From assembly GCA_951406725.2 (NCBI GenBank), contig OX597822.1, positions 89,404,001 through 89,468,000 on the forward strand: 64,000 nt of DNA. Reading direction: 5' to 3'. The notes under the pieces were generated by a model. That model saw only the letters and a list, made by a program, of their open reading frames with translations, did not search any database and was not told the origin of the DNA. The DNA comes from Octopus vulgaris. Taxonomy: Eukaryota. The translations under genes were made by a program, and so were the position numbers. The stretch's first letter is position 1. Every line of letters starts with the position of its first letter. Positions 27,591 through 40,204 of this stretch are shown here, one piece after another.

Positions 27591-29108
27591 TTAGCCTTTT
27601 GTAGGATTACATTTGTGTTTAACCAAAGAATATTTTTCCAAATAAGCTTTTCCACAGATACCACAGTGATAAGGCTTCTCTCCTGTATGTACGCGATTAT
27701 GTTTAGTTAATGTACCATTTTCAGAGAATGATTTACCACAGATATCACAGTGATAGGGTTTTATTCCTGTATGTATACGCTTGTGTTTAGTCAAAGTACT
27801 ATTTACAGTGAATGATTTATTACAGATATCACACTGATATGGTTTTTCTCCTGTATGAATACGTTTATGAGTAGTTAATCCACATGTTTGTGGGAATGAT
27901 TTACCACATATATCACAATGATAGGGCTTTTCTCCTGTATGAACGCGTTTATGAATCCTTAAGTGACAATATAAAGAGAAAGATTTACCACAAATATCAC
28001 AATGATATGGTTTCTCTCCTGTATGAATGCGTTTGTGGTTAGTTAAGTAATCATTTCGTGAGAATGATTTATCACAGATATCACAGTTGTATGGCTTCTG
28101 TCCTGTATGAATACGTTGGTGACTAGTAAAAGATGATTCATAAGAGAATGATTTGCCACAGATAGTACAGCAATATGGCTTCTCTCCAGTATGAACACGT
28201 TTATGAAGAATTAAGTAACTGCCTTGAGAGAAAGATTTACCACAAATATCACAACGATATGGTTTCCATCCTGTATGAACACGTTTATGAATATTTAACT
28301 GAGAACATCCAGAGAAAGATTTACCACAAATATCACACTGATATGGTCTCTCACCTGTATGAATACGTTTGTGTTTAGTTAAATCATTAGACTGAGCAAA
28401 TGATTTATCACACACATCACAGTGATATGGTTTTTCACCTGTATGAACACGTTTGTGAACAGATAAGTTTGAGGAGAATGACTTTCCACAGATATTACAG
28501 CGATAAGGCTTCTCTCCTGTATGAACAACTTTGTGTTTAGTTAAATTACCTCTTTGAGCAAATGATTTGTTACAGATATCACAATGGTGTGATTTCACAC
28601 CAGTATGAATTTGTACATGTTGAGTCAAGGAACCTTTTTCTGAGCATGAATACCCACAAATATCACAATGATACGGCTTCTCTCCCGTATGAATGTGTTT
28701 ATGTTTAGTTAAGGTACTATTTACAGAGAATGATTTACCACAAATCTCACAGTTATACGGCTTCTCTCCTGTATGAATGTGTTTATGTTTAGTTAAGGTA
28801 CTATTTACAGAGAATGATTTACCACAAATCTCACAGTGGTAAGGTTTCTCTCCCGTATGAATACGTTTGTGAATAGCAACATCATCTTTTCGAGAGAATA
28901 ACTTACCACAGATATCACAGTGATAGTATTTCTCTCTGCTATTAGCACGTTTTTGAGTAGCTAGGTTACTTTTTGTAGTGAATGAATCTTTACTAGTATT
29001 ACAATTGTATGATGTTGTCCCTTTCAGTTTCAAATCCTCATCAGGAAAATCAATCACTTTTGATTGTGATTTGCATTTTTGCTGGTTCACACATATTTCT
29101 TTCTCCAT
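27591..29108 (-). CDS. C2H2 zinc-finger protein B, 505 aa, 16 finger units (one shortened, terminal HKC) plus a degenerate leading finger
   Basis: Uninterrupted ORF; closest paralog of gene A, with shared flanks. Confidence 0.95.
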   Translation of the reverse strand: MEKEICVNQQKCKSQSKVIDFPDEDLKLKGTTSYNCNTSKDSFTTKSNLATQKRANSREKYYHCDICGKLFSRKDDVAIHKRIHTGEKPYHCEICGKSFSVNSTLTKHKHIHTGEKPYNCEICGKSFSVNSTLTKHKHIHTGEKPYHCDICGYSCSEKGSLTQHVQIHTGVKSHHCDICNKSFAQRGNLTKHKVVHTGEKPYRCNICGKSFSSNLSVHKRVHTGEKPYHCDVCDKSFAQSNDLTKHKRIHTGERPYQCDICGKSFSGCSQLNIHKRVHTGWKPYRCDICGKSFSQGSYLILHKRVHTGEKPYCCTICGKSFSYESSFTSHQRIHTGQKPYNCDICDKSFSRNDYLTNHKRIHTGEKPYHCDICGKSFSLYCHLRIHKRVHTGEKPYHCDICGKSFPQTCGLTTHKRIHTGEKPYQCDICNKSFTVNSTLTKHKRIHTGIKPYHCDICGKSFSENGTLTKHNRVHTGEKPYHCGICGKAYLEKYSLVKHKCNPTKG

Positions 29109-29468
29109 AATTTTTTATATTATACAATAATATATGGATGCTGTTCTGCTTTGTGTTTTAATAATGTATAACAAAAAAAATATTTCTACTGCTATATCTA
29201 TGCTTCACAATTTGTGAAGAAAATGCATTTTTGGGGGGAAATTTTCCCTAAGGTTGTGAATTTATCTTTGAAACAAGTCAGACAATGAAGTAAACATAAA
29301 CTGTTATTCAGTGATGTGAAGAAATATTTCACACTAATCCACCACAGATTTGCATAAACAGTGCCATAAAGGTTCTGCATAACATCTTTTTTGTGTCTTT
29401 AATAAATGATAAAAACTGGTGATGGATCAGAAGTTAAGAATACTTTTCAGGCAATCTCATCGAATATT

Positions 29469-32400
29469 CTGAAATAGAAATGATAAATACTGTATAAGAT
29501 AGGAGGATATAAAGAAAAGGAGATTCGACAATGAAAATTTTACTACATTTCAATATTAATAAACTGAAAATATAAATTTTTATCTGAACATTTGAACTAA
29601 TCCAAAATATCCATCATCTTTCAGGATTGTAGAGGTTAATTTGAGGGAAAATTGGATGCCATTTTAAAAGGTTAAACAATAATATAGCTCAAAGGATATT
29701 TTACATTTTGTCACCAAACACTGTTCTTTGCTAGTCCAAAAGAGTTGAAGTCAGAGGACACCACATCCAAGCTGACTGGTGAACCAATTAAAATCTCCAA
29801 TTGCTTGATTTGTTGCCAAAGATAAATGTGGTCATGATTATCAGGGTGAACATGGACTGTTTTCAAATTCTTGTTCTGCCTTGTCCTCCTAATGGATTCT
29901 CTAAGCTTTTTAAGTTTTAGTGTACTATTCACTGTCCATGGTACAGCCATGTTCCAGAAAATCAAGGAGAATGATACCCTTGTCAGCCCAAACAAGTCAA
30001 CATGATTTCAATACTAATCAGTGGCTCTTGAACTTGCTAGGCTATGGAGAAGACGTGTGATGCTATTCCATAGCCTAAGATTTTGTTTCTGGAACACAAA
30101 AATATGCCCAGTTTTCATTTTCTATTAAACAGATAAAGAAAAACCATGTTGTCATTGGCTTTAACCACATCCACCTTTCCATCCTTCAAATCAGATATCA
30201 ACAGCTGTAGTACTTTGTACACACTTTGGGTATTGGAAATGATACACAGGCATCCATCATCTTGTGCAATTCACTATGACCATAGTCCAGTTGTGTAGCA
30301 AACACACATCATGACTAATCTGCCACACGAATCAATGCACCTACATGCTAGCAATTCATATTAGTGGTGGTCACCTTTCAATGCAAGACAATTTGCACTC
30401 TTCCTCTCTCAAGATTCAATGACAGCATGTTACTTCTACTTAGAACCCATTATTTACCTATAATGAAGAAGGTATGTATTTGCCCCAAGGCAAGCACACC
30501 ACACTTTCCATCTTCCCTGCTTCATGACATCATCTCTTCATCACTCAAAACTCTTTCTCTCTCTCCTCTCAACCTCCATCAACTGCTCTCTCACTACTGG
30601 CCTTTACACCTTAAGAAATCTTTGCCTTCCTTTCTCCTCACTAAACTCATTCCAGTTTCTCTACATCTCTCACCATACTCTCTTCCCATCATTACCTCTT
30701 CCTCAGGAATGCCCTCATGGCATTCCCACACTGCTCTTTCCCTTCCCATACCTCTTTTGTACCCAATGTCTTTCCATACTGCTTACATTGCAAGATTCTG
30801 CTCCACTCAGCTCTGTGACTCTCTTCTTTCCCCTTTTCCCCAATACTTTATAATATGATAGTCCTCTACTCTATCCAACACCGTCCACAATAAACCATCA
30901 TGAATCTGTTTCCACCACCACCTATTTCTTGCCATATCCCTTCCCCAATTACAGAGAACTCTATAACTACCACCTTCCAGAACTATGTCTTCTTCAACTT
31001 ACCTTCCCTCATCCCTAGCCTAGAATCACCACACCCATAATAAAAAATATATATTTCATTATTTACCACTGCCACAATGGCTGCACTTGTCAATCCAGTT
31101 CATAAAAAAAAAAAGAGAAGTAATAATATGCACCCCTGCCCATGTTTAACACCCTTGTTGAAAGATTTTGACTCAGTACATTTACCCCAATGCAAGCATC
31201 GGGTATTTATATGAGGACTTCATGGCAACCAGGAGTTAGTCATTAATCTCAAACTCCTGCAAAATCTTCCACAGCATTTTTTCTGGCATATGGTTGTATT
31301 CTTTTGTGAGGTCTACAAAGCAACCATACACTGTTTGTTGATATTCCCACCATTTCTTGGAAACCTGTTACAGAGTGAATACCCTGTTGATTGCATTGTG
31401 GCAAGGACGGAAACCACACTTACAAATGAAAAATAAGTTTGATATATATATTTTTTTGGTTCCCAGTTCTGAAACCTTTTTCCTTCCTCAGTGATGACTA
31501 CTTTGAAATTTGACCAAGGACAGCTGCAATGTCTTTCGATAGAAGTTCGGTTCAATCAGGAAAGTAAACGTAAAATACTAATATCGTCAAATGAAACTGC
31601 ACAAAAGAATGCGGTTAGTGTTTAATTTAACACCCCGGTCACCAAAACGAAAAAAAAAAAAAAAAAAAAATGAATAATAAAACAAGTATAATAGGTGTTA
31701 AAAAATGTTTATTAAACGAAAAGAAAAATTTGCGCCAATGAACTGGCAGGTGGGGAGAGGACTTTCGGAAAATTCACAAGATCCGATTTTTCTCCCTCAT
31801 AACTTTTAGGAAAATAGATATCTTTTAATGAAATTTTATACAAATTACCTTCCAAACGGCATAGATTATAAAGAAATTTGTAGAAATATTTATTCCGATG
31901 GGGTGGAGAGTTGACTTTCAAAGAGAAAGAAATTCATAAATTATGTGTAATGGAAATAAGTTTGAAAACAAAAAACGAATGGGGTAGGGTGGTTGGTAGA
32001 ATATAAGCAATAATAAAAACGGTGTGCGTGTGTAAGAAAAAAATATGGTAAAATTTCATTAAAAGATATCCATTTTCCTGAAATTTACTTTGATTTCTAC
32101 CCCGCGAAAGAAAACCCCATCTGGTTCCTCAGAGTATGCCACCCCATTTTTTTTTTAGGAAAAATTTCATTCATGTATGTATTTGTATGCATGTATATAT
32201 AATGTGTGTGTGTGTGTGCATGTATATGCATGCATTTCCCCCCACAAATTTCTTTATAATCGCAATCTATATCATTTGAAAGGTATTTCTATAAAATTCC
32301 ATTAATAGATATCCATTTTCCTGAAAGTTATGAGGGAAATACTCGAATCTTGTAAATTTTCCAAAATTTCCTCTTCCTCAACCCACCTCCGTTCGTTTGC

Positions 32401-33074
32401 GTTTATTTTCATATTCGTTTTCTACACATTTTAAAACTTTTTGGGGACTTTTTTTTTTTTTTTTTTAGTGACCGGGTGCTAAACAAGATCCTGAAAGTTA
32501 TGAGGGAAAAAATCGGATTGTGCGAATTTTCCGAAAATCCTCTCCCCACCCTTCGGAAAACATTATTCCCACATATTTCTTTATAATCGTAATCTACGCC
32601 ATTTGAAAGGTATTTCTATAAAATTTCATCAAAAGATATCCATTTACCTGAAAGTTATGAGGGGGAAAAATCGGATCGTGTGAATCTTCCGAAAGACCTC
32701 TCCCCACCCTTTGTTTGCGCAAAATTTTGTTTCCATATTCGTTTTCTACACATTTTTTTACACCTATTAGGCTGGGTTTTTTCGTTTTTGTTTTGGTGAC
32801 CGGGTTAAATTACATATTAAGCGACAAACTATCATTAAAATATATTTTTTCCAACGATGTTAAATGGTTTTACTTCTATAGAATTACTGAAGTAAAATAT
32901 GTCACCCAATAATGTTATGGGCTTTTATTCTAAAATATATAGCAAACAACTAATATCTTCAAACACATTTGGCCGAGGACGACTGCAATATCTTTCGATA
33001 GGAGTTCGGTTCGATCAGGAAAGTCAACACAAAAGCACACAAGGATATCTTCACACAAATATTTGTCAACTTAC
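29469..33074 (-). other. Inferred 5'-UTR intron of ZNF gene B
   Basis: Conserved acceptor (ct at 29469-29470) and donor acttac at 33069-33074. Confidence 0.7.
31624..32812. mobile_element. TIR element with internal tandem and inverted subrepeats
   Basis: aatttaaca.cccggtcaccaaaacgaaaa pairs with ttttggtgaccgggttaaatt. The motif gatatccattttcctgaaagttatgaggg recurs at ~32065, 32310, 32490 and 32635, inverted at ~31790, and also at ~20083. Confidence 0.65.
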
Positions 33075-33300
33075 CGTTATCAGTGAATCAGAATGTTGTA
33101 GCTTTTTACACAAACTACCACAAATATTCTTCGATTACGACAATCTAAGGTTTTATACGAATAAACTTCAGTCATCAAAATGTTTATATCTTCTATTATC
33201 TTTAGCCACAGCTTCGTATCTTGCTACAACGAAATATTACGAATACCTGTAATGTTCTTGGCCGCAATTTCCCTATGAAATATATGCACGTATATTTTGA
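33075..33300 (-). promoter_or_regulatory. Putative non-coding exon 1 / TSS region of ZNF gene B
   Basis: Paralogous to 20217-20430, with a GTAAGT donor. Confidence 0.6.
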
Positions 33301-34143
33301 ATCAATCAATCAATTAATCAAGATCTAGTCAGTTTCATTCGCAAAACGAGCCCCCTTTAATTTTGCTCAGATTGCTTTCAATTTTGGTGTATCGATGCAA
33401 CTCTGAATTTTGATTACGATCAACCAATTACTTTACCTCGTAAATTAAAGAATCTGATGTTATTTGAGAAATTTGGATAATTATTTAGATCCTTATATAT
33501 AGCCAAGGGAAATAACCCATTCATTTTCGTAAATTATCAGGTAAAAATGAAATTTGAGTATTTGAACTGTTAGAGTTATTTTCGCAATTTATCCAGTACA
33601 ACCCTTAAACAAGTAAATAGTATTTTCCTAAACAATAGATCCACTTATTTCAGATAGTGACTCATTCATGAATATACCAACACTAGCACCCCTGAGGGTA
33701 ATATTCTCTGGGATGCACAAAAGCCCTTTTCAGAGTTATTCACTTTGAATTGTTATTATCTCATATCTGATTAGCCTGTTATTACATAACATGCTTCAAA
33801 ATTTTAGTATACATACCTCATTAGTAGTTCCTATGTTCTATAAACCCTGGGAATGCATTAAAGCCCTTTTCAGGGCTACTTTATTTGAATTCTTACTATT
33901 GGGTAACTAATTTCATGTTATTATATAACTGACTTAACAATTTGGGTATTCATAATTTATTGGGGATTCCTAAAATCCCGATCCTGTGTAAGACAGTTCG
34001 GTATTCTCTGTAAATGCACAAAAACTGTTTTAAGGGCTACATACTTTGTATGGTTGTTATGGATTAGCGAAACAATTATGAGAACAGAACCAAGGGATAA
34101 GCCCCGCTTTCCTGGGAATTACTAGGTATGTCAGCTAAGGAAT

Positions 34144-34242
34144 CAAGCAATAACAGAGGAATTCAAGACAGGCTGCCCCTGGGAGCTCCTCTATGCTGAT
34201 GACCTTGCTCTAATTGCTGAGTTATTATCAGAACTAGAGGAG
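34144..34242 (+). mobile_element. RTE RT fragment
   Basis: QAITEEFKTGCPWELLYADDLALIAE; nearly identical to 1254-1348. Confidence 0.85.
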
Positions 34243-34302
34243 CAATATACTGAAAATTGTTTACTCTTTTTACGATTATGTATGTATGCATGTGTTAAAT
34301 AC

Positions 34303-34508
34303 TGTAGTGTGACGGATGAAGAGGACAACAGAAAAAGAGAAGGAAATACAACGGGCCTTACCTCAGCGAAGATTCAGATCTGTCTCAGCAAAGTCAATGC
34401 GTCTAGTCGCTTCGTCGTCTCGGCTCCCACAGCCCCGCTTCGTTGATGCCACACGTGCGTGGTCCCTCACCGCTTCCGCTTCCTGCAAGCCCTACTTCTG
34501 CCACCACA
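34303..34508. mobile_element. Solo LTR (shorter relative of 21525-21838, opposite orientation), TSD AATAC
   Basis: TGTAGTGT...CACCACA termini; AATAC at 34298-34302 and 34509-34513. Confidence 0.85.
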
Positions 34509-34813
34509 AATACCCTATCTGGGGTTTGTTTCTCACACACGTCAATTTTTTTTTTCTTCTTTTCTCCGTAAATTGAAAAGCACCTATTTTTATGATTCGC
34601 TGTGTGTGTGTCTATCCGAGGCAATTTGCACTCAGTTCTCTAATTTATTAGGTCAGATTAAAAGGACTTTTCGTCTGTTATCAAGTTCAACAAAATCTGA
34701 CATAAAAAAGCTCGGATTTCAACTGCCCAATCTCATTAAGTGAGCACATGCACCCATTATCTTTTGTGTCCATGAGATGAACAGTCACACTCGTACACAC
34801 ACATACGTGTGTG

Positions 34814-34853
<40 letters not shown>

Positions 34854-35028
34854 TGGCGTGCGGTGACTTTCGGGGCTGGGCATGCAATGAATTTCTTTGC
34901 CCCACCCCCACCCCCGGCAATTTTTCAGTAAAAAATTTTTCGAATTCCTACGATTTACATATGGGAGATTCTGAATATGCAATCACCCCCGTATGACCTA
35001 GAATAAAAATAAAAAAAACGTCGCCCTA

Positions 35029-35262
35029 GTACTATTTAAGAAGAGTGGTCCCGTTGCGCGCGCTCGCGCAGGCTAGTCGTGACTAGTCGATCCTACGACT
35101 ATCTAGCAAAGTAAATAAATTTTTTAAACAAAATATATAAAACACAAAGTAAATAATGTTTTAAACAAAGTAAATAAAACACAAAGTAAGGATCGACTAG
35201 TCACGACTAACTGGCGTGGATGCACGGGTGCGCGCACCGGGACCACTCTTATTAAATAGTAC
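35029..35262. mobile_element. Small MITE with ~65-bp inverted repeats, related to the Merlin-like end at 35652
   Basis: gtactatttaagaagagtggtccc...ctagtcgtgactagtcgatcct pairs with aggatcgactagtcacgacta...gggaccactcttattaaatagtac. No TSD seen. Confidence 0.75.
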
Positions 35263-35345
35263 CCATGATTTTTAAATTGTTTGCAATACTCATTAAATTT
35301 GTTGAAATTCGAAAGTTCCATGAATTTAAACTCTTCTAAGGATTA

Positions 35346-35398
35346 AAAGCGGTGCTCTAGCATGGCCGCAGTCAAATGACTGAAACAAGTAAAAGAGA
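35346..35398 (+). mobile_element. SINE 3' tail fragment
   Basis: Matches 26036-26090. Confidence 0.8.
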
Positions 35399-36041
35399 TT
35401 GAAAAATTATCAAGTTTGTTTTCGAGTACAGTTCTAGTTTTATCTATTTGATCTTTACAATACACTATGTCATGACTTTTACTCTGGAGGATGTTAAATA
35501 AGAAAAAAGAAAAAATCTCACTAAATACTTCTAACAAAAATAAGAAATCAGGAGCTTTTAAAGTGTGTAAGAGTCCTGTTGCTGAATTTATGGTGGTATC
35601 ATCCCATGCTTCAGGATTTTCAATGATGTGCTCAAAAAGGCTGATTATGAAGGTACTTGTCAAGTGTAGTGGTCCCGGTTGCGCATACGCGGATTCGCGC
35701 GCGCGCACCAGACGTAGGTACTCGATACTCGAGATCCTACGAGGTGACTTGCGCATGCGCAGTGTGAGATTCGCGCATGCGCGTTAACCCCCCCCCCCCC
35801 AAATACGGATTTTTTAAAGATACCTTTATGCTTTTTAAGACAAAAAGGTGTTGGATTTCACTAAAAATATGTGTGTGTGTGTGTGTATAACATTTTCAAT
35901 TTTACACAAAAAAATTAGAGTAACAACATAGTCGCTTTCCTCGCGGATTTACAGATAAATGAATTAATTACTATTTTACAGAATAAAATTAATGAATTAA
36001 TTATATAAATTAAATAATTCTTGAAAATTAATTAATATTAA

Positions 36042-36833
36042 GGAATAGTTTCGGTTGTAGTAGCACAGATTTCCGTCGATTTCCGTAAAAAACTTTTATT
36101 TTTTTACATAAGTAATGAGAGCGAAAGAGATTAAGAGGAAGCGATTTTACGACGAGAAGGTTTCACTTTGAAGTCGGCCTGTGTGTGTTTGATGGGGTGT
36201 GGGAGACAGACAGTATGTTGTGTAAGTGAAGTGCTTCTGTTAGTGTGTGCGAAGAGGCAGACATACATATACACATACACCGAGTACATACATACATACA
36301 TACACACACACACATACATAGATACATACACACACACACATACATACATACATACACACACACATACTTACACACACACACACACACATAGATACATACA
36401 CACACACACATACATGCAGACATACATATACACATACACCGAGTAAAAAATTACGATGAATCGGCCATACATACATACATACACACACACATACTTACAC
36501 ACACACACATACATAGATACATGCATACATACATATACACATACATGCATACATACATATACACATACACCGAGTAAAAAATCAGTTATCTCTCTCTTTC
36601 ACACATTACTCTCTCTGTCTCTTCACACACACTAACAGAAGCACTTCACTTACACAACATACTGTCTGTCTCCCACAACCCATCAAACACACACAGGCCG
36701 ATTTCAAAGTGAAACCTTCTCGTCATAAAATCGCTTCCTCTTAGTCTCTTTCGCTCTCATTACTTATGTAAAAAAATAAAAGTTTTTTACGGAAATCGAC
36801 GGAAATCTGCGCTACGACATGCGAAACTTCGCC
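36042..36833. mobile_element. Merlin-type foldback MITE (~215-bp TIRs, microsatellite core)
   Basis: GG...CC termini; 8-bp TSD AATATTAA / AATATGAA. Confidence 0.85.
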
Positions 36834-36896
36834 AATATGAATAATATTTTTTGAACAAAGTAAATAATTTTTAAAACTTAAATAATTACTTATTTT

Positions 36897-37561
36897 GGCA
36901 TAGTTTCGGTTGTAGTAGCACAGATTTCCGTCGATTTCCGTAAAAAACTTTTATTTTTTTACATAAGTAATGAGAGCGAAAGAGACTAAGAGGAAGCGAT
37001 TTTACGACGAGAAGGTTTCACTTTGAAGTCGGCCTGTGTGTGTTTGATGGGGTGTGGAGACAGACAGTATGTTGTGTAAGTGAAGTGCTTCTGTTAGTAT
37101 GTGTGAAGAGACAGACATACATATACACATACACCGAGTAAAAAATTACTATGAATCGGCCATACATACATACATACACACACACACATACATAGATACA
37201 TACACACACACACATACATACATACTTACACACACACACATACATAGATACATACACACACACACACATACATGCATACATACATATACACATACACCGA
37301 GTAAAAAATCAGTTATCTCTCTCTTTCACACATTACTCTCTCTGTCTCTTCGCACACACTAACAGAAGCACTTCACTTACACAACATACTGTCTGTCTCC
37401 CACACCCCATCAAACACACACAGGCCGACTTCAAAGTGAAACCTTCTCGTCGTAAAATCGCTTCCTCTTAGTCTCTTTCGCTCTCATTACTTATGTAAAA
37501 AAAATAAAAGTTTTTTACGGAAATCGACGGAAATCTGATCTACGACATGCGAAACTTCGCC
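36897..37561. mobile_element. Second copy of the Merlin-type foldback MITE
   Basis: GG...CC termini; 8-bp TSD CTTATTTT / CTTTTTTT; nearly identical to 36042-36833. Confidence 0.85.
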
Positions 37562-37676
37562 CTTTTTTTTTACAGAAACGCGAACGGGGAATTTTCAGTT
37601 TAAAGTTTATAAATAAATACATTTCATGTGTAATGTATACACATGTGTATATATATACACATATATATGTATACAC

Positions 37677-37714
<38 letters not shown>

Positions 37715-38156
37715 GTATAGACACATCTTTAATTAAACTATTAACCGCCTTAAAACGGATTTCAACAGAAAAATATTACTATAATGGATAATATAAGCAT
37801 ATAACTACTTATAAATACAGACACACACACATTAGTCAGACATATAGCCACATATACACACACGCACACGTGTGTATGTGATCGCGGTGGTGGTGGTCAT
37901 TTGTGCAGATTTGGTGTGATTTCTTTTTTAAAAACAATAATGAATAATGCAAGAATATATTTATTTATAAAGTTTAAACAGAACATGGAATGAAATGTAT
38001 TTATTTATAAACTTTAAACTGAACTTCAATTGTTTTATAAACCTAACAGCGTAAATTAACGAAGGTATAAACCTGACGGAAATACACGAAGTTGACTACT
38101 TTCACTTCTGACAACCAAATGCATGACAGATTTTTTTTTTTTTACGTTGAATAATA

Positions 38157-38437
38157 ATAATAATAATAATAATTGTGTACAGTGCTCAGGTGCACTACAA
38201 CTCATCTAAAGTGTATATATAATCAGGTGTAGTTTCGGCGGATTTCGGAAAGCATGAGAGCCTTAAAGGATGCAGTGTCATGGCAGTCAACAACTGACGC
38301 AGGCAGTTTATTCCATGCTTCAGCAACTCTGAGCGTGAAAAAATGTTTCCGAAAGTCATGGGAGCTGTGTTGTTTTCTGACTTTGTAGGCATGTCCACGT
38401 GTGTTAGACACATGGAGATCAAAAAGGTGTTCAGTGT
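38157..38437 (-). mobile_element. CR1-clade LINE 3' end, 5'-truncated, (ATT)n tail
   Basis: TRGHAYKVRKQHSSHDFRKHFFTLRVAEAWNKLPASVV..FK motif; TSD ttgaataata at 38147-38156 and 38438-38447. Confidence 0.85.
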
Positions 38438-38687
38438 TTGAATAATATATGTTGTACATACCTTAATTTTTTTCTTTTTCATGACATTGTAGCGATTTTA
38501 TGACAGTGTAGCAAAATAGTAGTCAATTAGATAAATACATTTTTTTTCAACCTCGTCACATATTTGCACCTTTCAATTTAAACCTTTCAATTTAAGTCTT
38601 AATTAAGCAATTGCGGCAGCTTAGCAGAAATGTCACGTTCTAATTTCTGTTATTCAATGGTTTCAATACACGCGTGACATCAATTGT

Positions 38688-39569
38688 TCATACCCCTTCA
38701 AATTTATACCATTCTGAAAGATGTTTCAGAATATTCACGACACAATCTTTTCCATTTTCTCCATACTGTTCCTTCCATAGAAACTCATCAAGGTACGAGT
38801 CCACCATGGTGGAATGTACCCCTATCATCGTTTTAAATTTTCTTTTTGCATTTTTCCAGTAACATTCTACAGAATTTGTGTGTACACCTGTTAGCGGATC
38901 CACAAAATTCTGGGAATGGTTTACTGTGAAATGGATGTATTTTGGTGTCACATCCATTTCTGCAATTCCATTATAGGCGCCCCAACAATCCGAATGAATT
39001 GTTGTGCCCGGTCTAATATATTTTTTGATGATGGGTAGCAGAGTTTCCGAGGAATGGTCAGCTACGAAGAGTAGAAAGCCTTTTTTCTCTTCTCTATCAT
39101 AACCTCCAAAGACCCATCTCTCTTGTGGCATTCTCCCTCTGTTGTACTTCCTCTTGCACATCAGAGTTTCATCTATTTCAACAACGTGCCCGACACCACC
39201 AATTTGGTATGGATTGTTACTACAGATATCTCACATGTACTGAAACCATTGAATAACGGTAGATTTCGACAATCCAGTCATTTCTATTGTTGATGTTATT
39301 GTTAGGTTATTGCCCCAAGAATATATTATATGTATGAAATCGTGTAATTTCAATCTGCTATTTTCGAGATAGGATTTCCTTCTAATTGATTCTTTTTCCC
39401 CTTTGTGTGTTGGGCACCGAAATATTTTTTCTTCGTTGTGTTTTATCAGAGTCATATCTCTCTGGCATTTCGAACAAATTGGAGAAGAGGAGCTCAAGAC
39501 TTTTTTGTCCTTTAGGAAGGAATATATGCTATCAAAGTCCTTGACGATACTTTCCATCTCATAAAACAT
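38688..39569 (-). pseudogene. Merlin / IS1595 (ISXO2-like) DDE transposase, 293 codons with one in-frame TGA
   Basis: Motifs CSKC...CPTH zinc ribbon, GGVGHVVEIDET, RKYNRGR...WVFGG, GTTIHSDCWGAY, HFTVNHSQNFVDP..GVHTNSVE, YLDEFLW. ORFs 39231-39569 and 38688-39161 are in frame across the TGA at 39231-39233. Confidence 0.92.
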
Positions 39570-40204
39570 ATTTAGTAATATTTTTTAACAGGCCTAATTA
39601 ATTTTATCTCACAGTTCAACTGGTGAAAATAAAGTATACTTTTTATTTTCACTTTCATGGTAAGAAGTCAGTTAGCTCTGATTGGTTAGATTTTAGAACT
39701 TTCTCTGTCCCCTCTTTCAAACTAATTTTTGTTGTGGGGGGGGGGGGGGAGAAAGATGAACGATTTAAAATAAATATATCTTAATTGTAGTGTGAGAAAA
39801 GTATATATATTCTGATGATAAAATATATTCTTTCAAAAACATCCCAGTTTTATAGACTATCGTGTATGTTTAAGAAATGGTTCATTATATATATATATAC
39901 TAGCAGAATTGCCCGGCGTTGCTCGGGGCTGAATTGCTTGAAAGTACTGTTAATGATTGCACTGAATTATGATGATTATTCAGGCAAATATTGATATAAG
40001 TTTACGCTGGGAGATAAGGACTTAACGATCAAACATTTTGCGATGCAGTTTAACCAAAACCGGGTATCTTATAGTCGTGATTCATATCAAGCCCTTCTGG
40101 GTATTAGCGCGCGTCTACGATGAGTCTACGATTTTACAAATAATTTACCATCATTTTTTCCCATTTTAATGCATACTTTTTAAATAAAGGGAAGTAACTC
40201 TCAA

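Noticed and set aside
35343-35756. 137-aa ORF as a ZMYM1-like host gene
   Set aside because: Chimera of a Merlin-like end, a hAT transposase fragment and an antisense SINE tail.
36131-37362. Many CVCVY / HTHTY ORFs (also 53076-53379, 53993-54372)
   Set aside because: Translations of (CA/TG)n and (CATA)n microsatellites.
39231-39233. In-frame TGA as selenocysteine or programmed readthrough
   Set aside because: No SECIS recognised; the position fits an Arg CGA>TGA CpG mutation in a transposase.
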